Source: Fidelibacterota bacterium (lineage in GTDB: Bacteria > Fidelibacterota > Marinisomatia > Marinisomatales > TCS56). From it: a stretch of DNA of 64,000 bases. Positions 37,176 through 48,085 of this stretch are shown here, in pieces (the stretch's first letter is position 1; each line of letters starts with the position of its first letter). The notes beneath the pieces were generated by a model, which was given only the letters and a program-made list of their open reading frames with translations, searched no databases and had not been told where the DNA came from. Where the stretch lies: positions 33,703 to 97,702 of the forward strand of contig JABMQW010000139.1 of NCBI GenBank assembly GCA_013203115.1, written 5' to 3'. The position numbers and the translations under genes are program-made.

Positions 37176-37310
37176 TTAACTCCCTGTTTTACTCTTATTT
37201 GGTCGAATTAATCGCTTTCCTTTGATAAACATCATCGAGAACCAGCCAATCAATGCAATCAGCACAATTAAATAAGTGAAAATAAAATGATTGAAAAAAT
37301 TGTATTCCAT
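37176..37310 (-). CDS. ccmD: CcmD-like small heme-exporter membrane protein (44 aa), unannotated
   Basis: Hand translation gives MEYNFFNHFIFTYLIVLIALIGWFSMMFIKGKRLIRPNKSKTGS. It has a single TM helix plus a basic tail and lies immediately downstream of ccmC. Confidence 0.55.
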   Translation of the reverse strand: MEYNFFNHFIFTYLIVLIALIGWFSMMFIKGKRLIRPNKSKTGS

Positions 37311-37317
37311 AGCGGAC

Positions 37318-37980
37318 CTATTGATTTTTAACCTTCAAACTCAGGATGCCTGTTCTTATCCACAACATTAAAAAATACAGCATCGTAAACGTGAATAATG
37401 AAAAGAAAAACGTCGTCATTATTCCGGTTGGCTGAAGAGCCATTTCCACCTGTGGATGCGATTGTACTTCAGGAGACCAAAAGCGCACTGAAATAAAGAT
37501 AATCGGTACATCAATAAAAGCGATAATTCCCAGAATGGCGGCATAGCGGGCAACTCTCTCCGGAGCGCCACCAAATTCTCGGAGCATGAAATAACCGCTG
37601 TAGATCAGGAATAAAACAAAGGTTGTCGTCAGGCGCGGCTCCCAAGTCCAGGCTTTTCCCCAAATCGCGCTGGCCCAGATTGGCCCGGTAATCAGAACTA
37701 ATACGGTGAAAAACGTACCTAATTCCGCCGCAGCCAATCCCAGACGATCATATTTGTAATTCTTGGTTTTAAGAAACATTATTCCTGCGATCAACACAAT
37801 AAAAAATGATAGAAACGCGACCCAGGCACAGGGAACATGGTAATAAAAAATCTTTTGCGCCCATTGCTGAATCGGAACCAGCGGACTATTAAATAAAATA
37901 TTTACCAGATTAATTATCATTAACAGGATCATTATGATAATTCCGGTTCGCAGTCGGTTATTGAATCGAGTCACAAACAT
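37318..37980 (-). CDS. ccmC: heme exporter protein CcmC
   Basis: 220 aa with six TM segments and the Trp-rich motif WGKAWTWEPRL. Confidence 0.88.
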   Translation of the reverse strand: MFVTRFNNRLRTGIIIMILLMIINLVNILFNSPLVPIQQWAQKIFYYHVPCAWVAFLSFFIVLIAGIMFLKTKNYKYDRLGLAAAELGTFFTVLVLITGPIWASAIWGKAWTWEPRLTTTFVLFLIYSGYFMLREFGGAPERVARYAAILGIIAFIDVPIIFISVRFWSPEVQSHPQVEMALQPTGIMTTFFFSLFTFTMLYFLMLWIRTGILSLKVKNQ

Positions 37981-38651
37981 TATTCTTCTGTAATATGTTC
38001 AAAAAATAGATATCCGGCCAAACCGAAAACCAGAGCAAATGTAATCATTAAGTTTAGCCACAATTGCCAGCTCGCCAATGGTTTGCCGTCAAACACTGCA
38101 GTAGTCGCTTGGACGGTGGCAATAATCTGTGGTGAAACCAGAGGGAACAACAGAATTGGCAGTAATACTTCGCTCATTTTTGCCCGCATTGCTAAACCTG
38201 AAACTAAACTGCCAATGGCCATAATACCAATATTTCCAAGTAAAATTATTACGATCAAAATTACCCATTGTTCAGGAATTCCGACCTGAAGAAATAATAG
38301 AAATGGCAGGGTTATCAGTATCTCTGCCACCGTCAAGAAAAGGACGCCGCTAACCCACTTAGCGAGAAAAATTAAACCACGTTCCACCGGCGCGGAAATA
38401 ATCATACTGAAAGTGTCAAATTCTTTCTCGTGACTAAACATGCGATGTAGGCCCAATACCGCAATGAATAATACCATTATCCAATACAATCCGGGAGCAA
38501 AACGACGGAATAAATCCGGTGATATATTGATTGAAAAAGAAAATATCATGATCACTGCTAAACCAAATGTGAGCATCGAGGCGCTAACTTCCCGGGAGCG
38601 AAATTCAACCAGCAGATCTTTTTTTAACAGCCGTAAAAACATATCAGCCAA
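37980..38651 (-). CDS. ccmB: heme exporter permease CcmB
   Basis: 223 aa polytopic membrane protein between ccmA and ccmC, with overlapping start and stop codons. Confidence 0.8.
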   Translation of the reverse strand: MADMFLRLLKKDLLVEFRSREVSASMLTFGLAVIMIFSFSINISPDLFRRFAPGLYWIMVLFIAVLGLHRMFSHEKEFDTFSMIISAPVERGLIFLAKWVSGVLFLTVAEILITLPFLLFLQVGIPEQWVILIVIILLGNIGIMAIGSLVSGLAMRAKMSEVLLPILLFPLVSPQIIATVQATTAVFDGKPLASWQLWLNLMITFALVFGLAGYLFFEHITEE

Positions 38652-39354
38652 TTAATTTGCGGAATTGGTTCTCCGCGTCAGTAAAATCGTTATCACTGGG
38701 AGAGAAATCATATTGTACAATACCTGATTCAAGGATAACTAGGCGGGTACAAAAGTTCCAACTCCACTCAAAATCATGCGTCACCAACATAACAGTTCGA
38801 CCAGCTTGTTTCCAATCCGCTAAAATCATTTCGGTAAATTTTCTACCTTGTGCATCCAATCCGGTAAACGGCTCATCAAACAATAAGAGTTTCCAGTCAA
38901 CCAGAATGGCCAAGGCCAGCTTTAAACGCTGCAACATGCCCTGTGAGTAAATTTTAATCGGATCGTTGACCTGATCAGTCAATCCAACTCTATTCAGGGC
39001 AGACTTAACCTCGGATTGTGAAACTGGTGAAGTATAGATGGCAGAAATGAGCTGCAAATTTTCCACCGCAGACAGTGGCGGATACATGCCTGGAGCGTGC
39101 CCAAGGTATAAGATACCTTTACGGTTTGAATCAGGTCCCTTCAGAATCGATCTTCCTTGAAAAGTAATTTCGCCGTTTACGGGGGAAGAAATTCGTGCTA
39201 AAACCCGGAAAAGAGTCGATTTTCCTACGCCATTTCTCCCCATGACGGCTACAATTTCTCCGCCAGCTATCTGCAGATTAAAATCTTTTAAGATCGGCCG
39301 GTGATAAAAAGATTTATCTAGATCGGTAACTGATAACAATTCTGATGCAATCAA
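38644..39354 (-). CDS. ccmA: heme exporter ATP-binding protein CcmA
   Basis: 236 aa ABC ATPase with Walker A GRNGVGKST, signature YSQGMLQR and Walker B LLLFDEP. Confidence 0.85.
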   Translation of the reverse strand: MIASELLSVTDLDKSFYHRPILKDFNLQIAGGEIVAVMGRNGVGKSTLFRVLARISSPVNGEITFQGRSILKGPDSNRKGILYLGHAPGMYPPLSAVENLQLISAIYTSPVSQSEVKSALNRVGLTDQVNDPIKIYSQGMLQRLKLALAILVDWKLLLFDEPFTGLDAQGRKFTEMILADWKQAGRTVMLVTHDFEWSWNFCTRLVILESGIVQYDFSPSDNDFTDAENQFRKLIG

Positions 39355-39360
39355 GGATGT

Positions 39361-39639
39361 TTAGCGCTTTACTTTCATAATGTTTATTCTACCAATTACT
39401 TGAGAAGCTTCCAATTTTAAGCGTTGGCGGGCAGATTGGTAATCTTCTTCAGAAAGCAGACTCAGATCACGTTCCATTTCAACTTGTTTTATCTGGTGAT
39501 AAAGGGATAGTTTTTCCGATTCCAACGCAGCTAATTCAGCCTTAGTCTTACTGGTGTCGAGCACAGCCGGTTGAAATAATGGTTGCGCCACAAATATCAC
39601 ACTACTGATAAATATCAGAAAAATGAGTAGTAATTCCAT
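39361..39639 (-). CDS. membrane-anchored coiled-coil protein inside the ccm operon, unknown function
   Basis: 92 aa with one N-terminal TM helix followed by heptad-like charged sequence. It has no CXXC or LRCxxC motif, so it is not a canonical CcmG or CcmH. Confidence 0.5.
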   Translation of the reverse strand: MELLLIFLIFISSVIFVAQPLFQPAVLDTSKTKAELAALESEKLSLYHQIKQVEMERDLSLLSEEDYQSARQRLKLEASQVIGRINIMKVKR

Positions 39640-41616
39640 TTATTTTTTCCTCCTATTGGGCCAAAGGGCAATCAGTGTGCCGAGGACAAAAATATAACTG
39701 CCAATCCATACCCAACTAACCAAGGGATTGATCATTATTTTAAATGACGCTGACTTAGTTTTAGTGTCATATCCGGAAAATACAGAATATATATCCTGCT
39801 TAAGGGTTGTATGGATATCTAATTCACTATGCGGTTGGTGTTTTCGCTGGTCGGGATTACGATGGAAATAAATCCGTTTTTCAGGAAAAAGATGGGTCAC
39901 AGGTCCTACGCCAAGTTTCACTACTTTAAGATGAGCGATCCAGGCAAAATGATTAGGACGCTCTTCTGTTTCGATTTCCTGCAATTCAAATTCATATCCG
40001 GATAGATGAAATTTATCGCCCGTTCGAATAGCGGTTTCAATTTCCCGGTTAAACGCTTTTCCGGTAAATCCTACAAACATTAGGACAATCCCAAAATGGA
40101 CGATATAGCCCCCATAACGATGTCGGTTTTTCCGGAGCATTTGCCAGAACGCCAATACGACCGATTCATTAAAGCGACGGTGCCTAGCAGCAATGCCTCG
40201 AGCAAATTCAAGAACAATTGTTGTCGTCACAAAGACTGCCAAAACAAATGAAATCATGACATAGCCCTGTAAGCCCCGGAGAATGAACACTCCCAGCGCT
40301 ACCAGACTGACCAACACCGGTAAAGAAAATTGTTTTATTAACACCTGTTTAGATGTACGCCGCCAAGCTAATACCGGACCAATACCGGTCAAAAAGAGTA
40401 ATGACAATCCAATGGGAATATTAACCTGGTTGAAGAAAGGTGCTCCAACGGTTATTTTTGTTCCCCGAACTGCTTCGGTCAATACCGGGAACATGGTTCC
40501 CCAGAATACCGCAAAACACATAACAATGAATATAACGTTATTGAAAAGAAAACCACTCTCACGTGATACAAACGATTCGATACGGTTTTTGGTACGTAAC
40601 ATTGGTAATCGTTTATACAATAATAGGAATGAGCCTGCTAAAATCAAAAATACAAACCCCAGGAATAATGGACCTAAAGATGAAGCCGTAAAGGAATGTA
40701 CCGAAGACATGATTCCACTACGAGTCAGGAAAGTACCAAAAATGCTGAGTGTAAAAGTAATAATGATCAAAATCATATTCCAGACCCGTAACATATCCCG
40801 TTTTTCCTGGATTATGATCGAATGAATAAAGGCCGTAGCGGTCAACCAAGGCATCAATGAAGCATTTTCCACCGGATCCCAAGCCCAGTAACCACCCCAA
40901 CCCAGTTCCTGATAAGCCCACCAGGCTCCCAGCAATATCCCAATTCCCAACGCTAACCAGGTAAATAAAGTCCAGCGCCGAATCAGTTTGATCCAGGTAG
41001 CGGACGTATCACCGGTTATCAAGGCGGCCATTGCGAATGTGAAGGGAATCGCAAACCCTACATAGCCGAGATATAGAGTTGGTGGATGAATTGCCATGGT
41101 AACATTCTGTAATAATGGATTCAATCCATTTCCGTCTGATATTATTATACCCGCTTCCACGGGAGAAAAGGGATTCGTTATAAAGTTGGTCATATATAGG
41201 AAAAAAAATTGAATCGCCATTAAAATCATGATTACCCAGGGCATCATCACCTTATTAACAGTACGATTTTGATAAATCACAATCAAGATGTAACCCGCTA
41301 CAATAAAAACCCAGAAGAGTAATGAACCCGCCTGCCCTGCCCATAAAGCAGAAATTTTATATAACAATGGTGTCGCTATACTGGTATAGTGAGCTACATA
41401 CTCCAAATTAAAATTACTTTGAATTAATTCACGTAGAAGAACTAGCGTTGACAGGATCACAAGACCGGCGGCAATAACGGCAGATCGTCGCCCGCTCACA
41501 TATAATCTTGTATCTCCTGATCGTAAAAATTGGGCGATTAAAATAATAGAGAGAACCGTAAATCCCAGAGCAAGGCTCTGGGAAACCGTGCCAAGCGTAG
41601 CCATGGAATGGATCAT
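39640..41616 (-). CDS. ccmF: cytochrome c heme lyase subunit CcmF
   Basis: 658 aa polytopic protein with the WWD motif GWGGYWAWDPVEN and conserved His residues. Confidence 0.92.
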   Translation of the reverse strand: MIHSMATLGTVSQSLALGFTVLSIILIAQFLRSGDTRLYVSGRRSAVIAAGLVILSTLVLLRELIQSNFNLEYVAHYTSIATPLLYKISALWAGQAGSLLFWVFIVAGYILIVIYQNRTVNKVMMPWVIMILMAIQFFFLYMTNFITNPFSPVEAGIIISDGNGLNPLLQNVTMAIHPPTLYLGYVGFAIPFTFAMAALITGDTSATWIKLIRRWTLFTWLALGIGILLGAWWAYQELGWGGYWAWDPVENASLMPWLTATAFIHSIIIQEKRDMLRVWNMILIIITFTLSIFGTFLTRSGIMSSVHSFTASSLGPLFLGFVFLILAGSFLLLYKRLPMLRTKNRIESFVSRESGFLFNNVIFIVMCFAVFWGTMFPVLTEAVRGTKITVGAPFFNQVNIPIGLSLLFLTGIGPVLAWRRTSKQVLIKQFSLPVLVSLVALGVFILRGLQGYVMISFVLAVFVTTTIVLEFARGIAARHRRFNESVVLAFWQMLRKNRHRYGGYIVHFGIVLMFVGFTGKAFNREIETAIRTGDKFHLSGYEFELQEIETEERPNHFAWIAHLKVVKLGVGPVTHLFPEKRIYFHRNPDQRKHQPHSELDIHTTLKQDIYSVFSGYDTKTKSASFKIMINPLVSWVWIGSYIFVLGTLIALWPNRRKK

Positions 41617-42032
41617 ATTTCGTCTAAATTATAGGAATTCTTATCGCGCAAATCACCTTCGTAGCGCGAGGCACATTTAGTCATCAAATTATCAGCATAA
41701 AACTCATTGTTACGGTATTCACCTTCGACAATGACTTCACAGTAATCTGCAAACAAATCCGGTCGTGTTTTATAATAATGCACTTTTATAATAGATTCAC
41801 CCTGTTTAAGAATAAATTCCACCTTCAATAAATCATCCTCAGCAATTTGGATTGACCCAGCTTGGACATTACCCCCAAGCCTGAATCTATCCTGATCATA
41901 TTCACCAGTGACTAATTCCTCAATCGAAAGAAAAGGCACCTCCTTACCCTGAGTCCCGCTTATTATCCATATAAAAAACAGGGTCACAACAACAACAACC
42001 GTTATGGTAATCTTAGAGCGATTATTCATCAT
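41613..42032 (-). CDS. ccmE: heme chaperone CcmE, CXXXY variant
   Basis: 139 aa with an N-terminal TM anchor and an OB-fold region (RLGGNVQAGS). The heme-binding position reads TKCASRY where canonical CcmE has HxxxY. Confidence 0.85.
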   Translation of the reverse strand: MMNNRSKITITVVVVVTLFFIWIISGTQGKEVPFLSIEELVTGEYDQDRFRLGGNVQAGSIQIAEDDLLKVEFILKQGESIIKVHYYKTRPDLFADYCEVIVEGEYRNNEFYADNLMTKCASRYEGDLRDKNSYNLDEI

Positions 42033-42040
42033 TCATCCTA

Positions 42041-43699
42041 TTAAAACACGGTTGTTTCCTGCCATTCACCAAACACATCTTTCATGGCAGCAACTATTTC
42101 CCCCAGTGTTGCATATGCTTTGGCTGCTTCAATTATGGCAGGTATCAAATTATCCTCGCTGGCACAGGCTGCTTGTACAGCCGCTAAAGTTGAGTTTACA
42201 TAACTTTCATCACGACGGGCTTTCAAATTCGCAATTGCCTTGTATTGCACTTCCTCTGATTCTTTGCCAATCTCGAGTAATGAAATTTCAATTTGTTCAT
42301 TTTCTTTGATAAACTCATTAACTCCAACCACTATCCGGCGTTTACTGTCAATCTTACGCTGATATTCAGAAGCGGCATGAGCAATTTCACGTTGGAAATA
42401 GCCGGCCTCAATTGCCGGAATGACACCGCCCAATTGTTCGATTTCAGTAAAATAGCGTTCAGCCTCGGCTTCCATTTTATCGGTTAATTGTTCCACATAC
42501 CATGAACCACCCAAAGGATCAGCTACATTCGCGACACCGGTTTCAAACGCTATCAATTGTTGGGTTCGTAAAGCAATTTCAGCGGCTTTGGCGGTTGGAA
42601 GCGCCAGTGTTTCGTCCATTGAATTCGTATGCAGTGATTGAGTTCCACCCAAAACAGCAGCTAAGGCCTGAAATCCGGTGCGGGCGATATTTATCTCTGG
42701 TTGTTGCGCAGTCAACGAACAGCCGGCAGTCTGGGTATGAAAACGCAGTTTCCATGAACGCGGATCCCTGGCACCGTATTTCTCTTTCATGTGCCTGGCC
42801 CAGATCCGGCGGGCGGCGCGGTATTTGGCAATTTCTTCAAAGAAATCCAGATGAGAATTAAAAAAGAAGGATAACCGGGGAGCGAAGTCATCCACATTCA
42901 GCCCTGCTTTTTGGGCATAGTCCACATATGTAAAACCATCCACCAGTGTAAATGCCAGCTCCTGAACGGCGGTCGAACCGGCTTCGCGAATATGGTAGCC
43001 ACTGATAGATATGGTATTAAATTGTGGTAATCGAGTGGTGCAGAAAGCAATCATATCGGTAATGATGCGCATGGATGGTTCTGGTGGAAATATCCACTCT
43101 TTCTGAGCAATAAATTCTTTTAATATATCATTCTGCAGGGTACCACGCAGTCGTTCAGGGGAAACACCCTGAAGTTCCGCTACGGCAATATAGAAAGCCA
43201 GCAGGATTACCGCCGGACCATTGATAGTCTGTGATACCGATATCTGCCCCAGATCGATCTGATCGAACAGGATTTCCATATCGGCAAGCGAGGCGACACT
43301 TACGCCGCATTTACCAACTTCACCAAGTGCGAAGGGGTGGCCCGGATCATAACCCATAAGGGTAGGCATATCATAGGCCACCGATAAACCGGTCTGACCC
43401 TGCTCCAGTAGAAAGCGAAAACGCCGGTTGGTCTCCCGGGGTGTGGCAAACCCGGAAAATTGACGCATAGTCCACAATCGGCCACGATACATATTCGGAT
43501 GTACCCCACGTGTATAGGGATATTGACCCGGAAAGCCAAGTTGATCAAGATATTCCTGGGGTGCTTTATCAGACAGATAGAGCAAATCTACGGGTTGACC
43601 GCTCACCGTATCAAAATTGTAATCCCTGGAGGGTGCGCTGTTTACCTCACTTTTCCATTGCTCATAAGCTTTGTTAAAAACCTGGTTCTTCTTACTCAC
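42041..43699 (-). CDS. methylmalonyl-CoA / acyl-CoA mutase, large catalytic (TIM-barrel) subunit without B12-binding domain
   Basis: 552 aa with the YPYTRG, RQFSGF and TQTAG.SLTAQQP motifs of the mutase substrate-binding domain. There is no C-terminal DxHxxG cobalamin domain. Confidence 0.88.
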   Translation of the reverse strand: MSKKNQVFNKAYEQWKSEVNSAPSRDYNFDTVSGQPVDLLYLSDKAPQEYLDQLGFPGQYPYTRGVHPNMYRGRLWTMRQFSGFATPRETNRRFRFLLEQGQTGLSVAYDMPTLMGYDPGHPFALGEVGKCGVSVASLADMEILFDQIDLGQISVSQTINGPAVILLAFYIAVAELQGVSPERLRGTLQNDILKEFIAQKEWIFPPEPSMRIITDMIAFCTTRLPQFNTISISGYHIREAGSTAVQELAFTLVDGFTYVDYAQKAGLNVDDFAPRLSFFFNSHLDFFEEIAKYRAARRIWARHMKEKYGARDPRSWKLRFHTQTAGCSLTAQQPEINIARTGFQALAAVLGGTQSLHTNSMDETLALPTAKAAEIALRTQQLIAFETGVANVADPLGGSWYVEQLTDKMEAEAERYFTEIEQLGGVIPAIEAGYFQREIAHAASEYQRKIDSKRRIVVGVNEFIKENEQIEISLLEIGKESEEVQYKAIANLKARRDESYVNSTLAAVQAACASEDNLIPAIIEAAKAYATLGEIVAAMKDVFGEWQETTVF

Positions 43700-43747
43700 G
43701 GCTGTTACTCATTATTTCATTCAATAAAAATTGTTTCATTGTATCTT

Positions 43748-43764
43748 AAAAATCCCGGGATTTT
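43748..43764 (-). terminator. palindromic terminator downstream of dxs
   Basis: The AAAAATCCCGGGATTTT palindrome has A/T runs on both sides. Confidence 0.5.
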
Positions 43765-43889
43765 ACACACAGCAGCGCCAGCTTTAAAAGTATAGCATAA
43801 ATGGCCCTTGTAAACCTGAATTGTAGTAACCCGGAATTCATATATAACCTACTCACTAACAATGGATTCATATAACAGTGTTGGCATAC

Positions 43890-45779
43890 TTAAAATAGCG
43901 ATTGAATCGATTTTTCAAGTCCATTTGAATCCATTTTAAGTAGTTTCAGCAATTCCCGACGGGTACCGTGAGTTACAAATTCATCGGGAAATCCCACCGG
44001 TAGCAATTGACCTTTATAGCCGTGATTGTTTAACCAATTTAGCGCACCTTCCCCGAACCCTCCGGTTAAGGCACCTTCTTCGAGTGTTACAATTTTAGTG
44101 AATCGTTTTATTATGTTATTCAAATATTTATTATCGAAAGGCTTCACAAATCGGCAGTTGACAACCTCACAGGAAATGCCTTTTTGGGCTAGCTTTTCAG
44201 CCACCTCAAGGGCCGTATAAACCAAAGGACCAACTGCTAAAATAGCAATGTCGCTTCCTGGCCGTTCAACCGCCCAGCTACCTATGGGTAATAACTCCAC
44301 CTGTCCGGCCCGAGTAAATTCCACCGCACTTGCTTTGGGATACCTGATGGTAAATGGCCCTTCGTTGTAATTAAGTGCCGTATAAAGTAAATGGCGCAAT
44401 TCATTCCCATTCTTGGGCGCAGCCACGATCATTTTAGGTATCATGCGCAAGTACACCAAATCAAAACTTCCATGATGAGTAGGACCGTCTTCCCGCGCCA
44501 GGCCGGCCCGGTCCAAACAGAAAATAACCGGCAAGCGCTGAATGGCAATATCATGGATAATATGATCGTAAGCACGTTGTAAAAAAGTGGAATACACTGC
44601 CACTATAGGACGAATATTTTCCGTAGCGAGGCCACCGGCAAAAGTCACTGCATGTCCTTCGGCGATGCCCACATCAAAGTAACGGGTCGGAAATTCTTGA
44701 GCATAGGGTGCCAGGCCGGTACCTTCCCGCATCGCAGCAGTGATGCAAACCGTATCCTGACGATTGCGAGCGATCTCGCAGGCCAGCTCGCCAAATGCAT
44801 CCTGAAATGATGGTACCAAAGACTGGGGCTCAGGTTCTTGGGCAGAATTATGATTGCCGGAAATTCCATGATATTTTACAGGGTCCGTTTCCGCTACTCC
44901 CAATCCTTTACCTTTTTTTGTATTAATATGTAACAATACCGGTGTCTTAATGTCTTTAATATTCTGTAATGTTGTCACCAATTCATCGAGATCATTCCCA
45001 TCAATGGGACCGAAATAGCGAAAGCCCAGTTCATCAAACAGGATACCTGGCACCAGCAAATTTTTAAGACTCTCTTCAATTTTTTTCAAGCCCATCCGTA
45101 TCGCATATTTTCCAATCGGAAGCGTACTTGTCCAATTCCACACTTCGTCACGTATTCGGTTGTACAATGGATTGGTTTGAATACGATTCAGATAGGTACG
45201 CATAGCCCCTACATTGGGACTTATGGACATCTTGTTATCATTTAAAATAACAATTATTTGTTTCCGTAAAGATCCGGCATTATTGATCCCTTCAAATGCC
45301 AGACCGCCAGTCATTGCACCATCTCCAATCACTGCCACAACGCGAAAATCAGTATTATTTTGATCCCGACCAGCAGCTATCCCCAGTGCAGCAGATATGG
45401 AAGTTGAGGCATGACCGGCACCAAATGAATCATATTCGCTTTCCGAACGTTTCAGAAATCCACTTAGTCCTTGATATTGCCTGATTGTGTGAAATTTATC
45501 CCGGCGTCCGGTTAAAATCTTATGGGCATAAGCCTGATGTCCTACATCCCAAACAATTTTATCTATTGGCATATCGTATACATAATGCAAGGCTACTGTT
45601 AATTCAATTACACCTAAAGTAGGCGCTAAATGTCCTCCGGTTTCATTTACAATTGAAATTATATAATCCCGCAGTTCCTGGCACAGTAACTTCAAATCAG
45701 TCAAGGATAACGGTTTAAGATCGGCCGGACTATGAATGCGCGATAATATTTTATAATCCATATTAGTTTCAGATATCAT
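43890..45779 (-). CDS. dxs: 1-deoxy-D-xylulose-5-phosphate synthase
   Basis: 629 aa with the GHASTSISAALG and GDGAMTGG thiamine-diphosphate motifs. Confidence 0.96.
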   Translation of the reverse strand: MISETNMDYKILSRIHSPADLKPLSLTDLKLLCQELRDYIISIVNETGGHLAPTLGVIELTVALHYVYDMPIDKIVWDVGHQAYAHKILTGRRDKFHTIRQYQGLSGFLKRSESEYDSFGAGHASTSISAALGIAAGRDQNNTDFRVVAVIGDGAMTGGLAFEGINNAGSLRKQIIVILNDNKMSISPNVGAMRTYLNRIQTNPLYNRIRDEVWNWTSTLPIGKYAIRMGLKKIEESLKNLLVPGILFDELGFRYFGPIDGNDLDELVTTLQNIKDIKTPVLLHINTKKGKGLGVAETDPVKYHGISGNHNSAQEPEPQSLVPSFQDAFGELACEIARNRQDTVCITAAMREGTGLAPYAQEFPTRYFDVGIAEGHAVTFAGGLATENIRPIVAVYSTFLQRAYDHIIHDIAIQRLPVIFCLDRAGLAREDGPTHHGSFDLVYLRMIPKMIVAAPKNGNELRHLLYTALNYNEGPFTIRYPKASAVEFTRAGQVELLPIGSWAVERPGSDIAILAVGPLVYTALEVAEKLAQKGISCEVVNCRFVKPFDNKYLNNIIKRFTKIVTLEEGALTGGFGEGALNWLNNHGYKGQLLPVGFPDEFVTHGTRRELLKLLKMDSNGLEKSIQSLF

Positions 45780-45784
45780 TCGCT

Positions 45785-46354
45785 TTATCTACTGCAAAAT
45801 GCCATTTGGTGGAATAGAGTTACATCGTCTAATTCAGGATGAAAAGTAAGTCCGATATGACGCCCTTGCCTAACCGCTACCGGTTGGTGGCGGTATTGCG
45901 CAAGAACCTCTACTTCCGGCCCGGTTGCCGTGATCTGAGGTGCCCGGATAAATGTTGCCGGAATTATTTCCTCACGGTTGCCATAATTAACAACCAAATT
46001 ATCAGTAAATGATTCGATTTGCCGCCCGTAAGCATTGCGTTCCACTTGTACATTTAATATACTCAGATTATCAACGCGTTTATCACCCTGTTGATTACCC
46101 ATCATTATCAGGCCAGCACAGGTACCCAGAATGGGGAATTGATCTGCAAACTCCAACAGTGGTTGGCGAATTCCGGTTGCTTTGATCAATTTGGTCATTG
46201 TCGTGGATTCACCACCAGGAATTATCAAACCCTGCACATTGGACAACTGCTGCGGGTAGCGCACAAGCACCGATAGCAGGCCCAGCCGGGATAATACCTT
46301 ACTATGTTTAGCATAATCACCCTGTAAACCAAGCAGGCCAATTTTCACTACCAA
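45785..46354 (-). CDS. pdxT: pyridoxal 5'-phosphate synthase glutaminase subunit
   Basis: 189 aa with the GGESTT and GTCAG (catalytic Cys) and FHPE motifs. Overlaps pdxS. Confidence 0.93.
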   Translation of the reverse strand: MVVKIGLLGLQGDYAKHSKVLSRLGLLSVLVRYPQQLSNVQGLIIPGGESTTMTKLIKATGIRQPLLEFADQFPILGTCAGLIMMGNQQGDKRVDNLSILNVQVERNAYGRQIESFTDNLVVNYGNREEIIPATFIRAPQITATGPEVEVLAQYRHQPVAVRQGRHIGLTFHPELDDVTLFHQMAFCSR

Positions 46355-47229
46355 CCACGCTCCTGCATTCGTTGTTCAGCAGGAATTTCCGCAATATCCA
46401 GTCCTTTCATAGCGCTTTTCAAGCCGGTGGAAACATCCGCTAATTTCTTTGGATCATCATAATAGGATACTGCCTCAACGATAGCTCTGGCACGGTGGGC
46501 AGGGTCTTCACTCATGAATATTCCGGAACCCACAAATACTGTTTCGGCTCCCAGTTGCATCATCAACGAAGCATCGGCGGGAGTAGCTATTCCACCAGCC
46601 GCAAAATTGGGTACTGGCATTTTGCCGGTACTCGCCACCTGTTGAACCAGGTCAAATGGCGCTCCCAGTACTTTGGCTTGAGCCATTAATTCTTCAGTGC
46701 CCATTGTGGTAAGTTCTTTCATCTCGCTTTGCACCCGCCGCATATGACGAACGGCTTCAACAATATTACCACTACCCGCTTCACCTTTGGTGCGAATCAG
46801 GGCAGCTCCTTCTCCGATTCGACGCAAGGCTTCTCCCAGATCGCGACAACCACAAACAAAAGGTACTTTAAAATCATATTTCCAGATGTGATTGGCCTCA
46901 TCAGCCGGTGTTAATACTTCACTTTCATCAATAAAATCAACTTCCAGCGCTTCCAGTATCTGCGCCTCGGCGAAATGACCGATCCGACACTTAGCCATCA
47001 CCGGAATGGAAACTTTATCCTGAATTCCCTTTATCATTTCAGGATCGCTCATTCGGGCGATACCACCATCTTTTCTGATTTCAGCCGGAATCCGCTCTAA
47101 TGCCATCACGGCAACGGCACCGGCATCTTCAGCAATCCTGGCCTGTTCCACAGTGGTCACATCCATGATTACACCACCTTTGAGCATTTCGGCCAGACCT
47201 ACTTTTACTTTAAATGATCCTTTATCCAT
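46348..47229 (-). CDS. pdxS: pyridoxal 5'-phosphate synthase lyase subunit
   Basis: Starts [24 protein letters not shown], with the conserved DESE and GEAGTGN-like motifs. I chose the ATG at 47229, just after the ispH stop, over the track's 47268. Confidence 0.95.
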   Translation of the reverse strand: MDKGSFKVKVGLAEMLKGGVIMDVTTVEQARIAEDAGAVAVMALERIPAEIRKDGGIARMSDPEMIKGIQDKVSIPVMAKCRIGHFAEAQILEALEVDFIDESEVLTPADEANHIWKYDFKVPFVCGCRDLGEALRRIGEGAALIRTKGEAGSGNIVEAVRHMRRVQSEMKELTTMGTEELMAQAKVLGAPFDLVQQVASTGKMPVPNFAAGGIATPADASLMMQLGAETVFVGSGIFMSEDPAHRARAIVEAVSYYDDPKKLADVSTGLKSAMKGLDIAEIPAEQRMQERGW

Positions 47230-48085
47230 AACTAACATCCTGATTCTGCTGTTTAGCAATTTTTTCAATCACATGGGTAACTGCTTTAATTACCGTATCC
47301 GGCGTGGACGCCCCGGCGGAGATACCCACTGTTTTGATATTGACAAACCATTTGGGGTCCAAATCTTCGGCTGCCGTCACTTGATATGAACGGTCATTTC
47401 GACTCCTGGCTAATTGGGTCAACCGTTTGGAATTGGCGCTTGTAAAACTGCCAATAATAATTACCATATCACAACTGTCGGCCAATTCCACGATCTGCTC
47501 CTGATTGCGTTTGGTGGGAAAACAGATCGTATTGATAAAACGCAAATCATGAACCTTGGTCATTAATACATTGATGATCGCCTGCACATTTTCAATCGAC
47601 TGGGTGGATTGGCTGACCACTCCGGCCCGTTTGATCTTGCTTAACAAATTTGCTTCATCGGGAGTAGCAATGACCGTAGCCTCTTTTACCTGGCTGGCAA
47701 TACCAACTACTTCATCGTGCCCATGATCGCCAATAATAATAATTTTATAGCCCTTATCCTGCAAATTGCTTACTTCATGGTGAATATCGCGTACCAATGG
47801 GCAGGTGGCATCCACAATATTAATTCCCGTAGCACGTGCATCTTCCCATATTGATTTGGTCGTTCCGTGCGCACGGAAAAGCACCGGCTTTCCCTCCGGA
47901 ACAGCAGTTAGTTCATTCACAATGCGGGCACCGACTTCAGCCAGATCATCAACAACCTTTTCATTATGTACAATGTGACCAAGCATATATACTTCGCCGT
48001 GTTCACGGGCTGTTTTGTAAGCAATATCGACTGCATTACGCACACCAAAACAATAGCCGGCATCTCTCGCAATTGTTATTTTCAT
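47222..48085 (-). CDS. ispH: 4-hydroxy-3-methylbut-2-enyl diphosphate reductase
   Basis: 287 aa with three conserved Cys (GYCFGV, ATCPLV, TICFPT) and the HNE motif. Confidence 0.94.
   Translation of the reverse strand: MKITIARDAGYCFGVRNAVDIAYKTAREHGEVYMLGHIVHNEKVVDDLAEVGARIVNELTAVPEGKPVLFRAHGTTKSIWEDARATGINIVDATCPLVRDIHHEVSNLQDKGYKIIIIGDHGHDEVVGIASQVKEATVIATPDEANLLSKIKRAGVVSQSTQSIENVQAIINVLMTKVHDLRFINTICFPTKRNQEQIVELADSCDMVIIIGSFTSANSKRLTQLARSRNDRSYQVTAAEDLDPKWFVNIKTVGISAGASTPDTVIKAVTHVIEKIAKQQNQDVSYG

Noticed and set aside
40283-40825. 180-aa plus-strand ORF
   Set aside because: It is antisense to ccmF, which has the WWD motif and full length. I treat it as a shadow ORF.
43700-43889. Possible cobalamin riboswitch upstream of the B12-dependent mutase
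   Set aside because: I could not recognise a B12-box or the conserved riboswitch core. The region holds only the palindromic dxs terminator and AT-rich sequence.
47230-47268. 13-codon N-terminal extension of pdxS overlapping ispH
   Set aside because: PdxS proteins start close to the conserved [12 protein letters not shown] sequence, and the ATG at 47229 follows the ispH stop directly.
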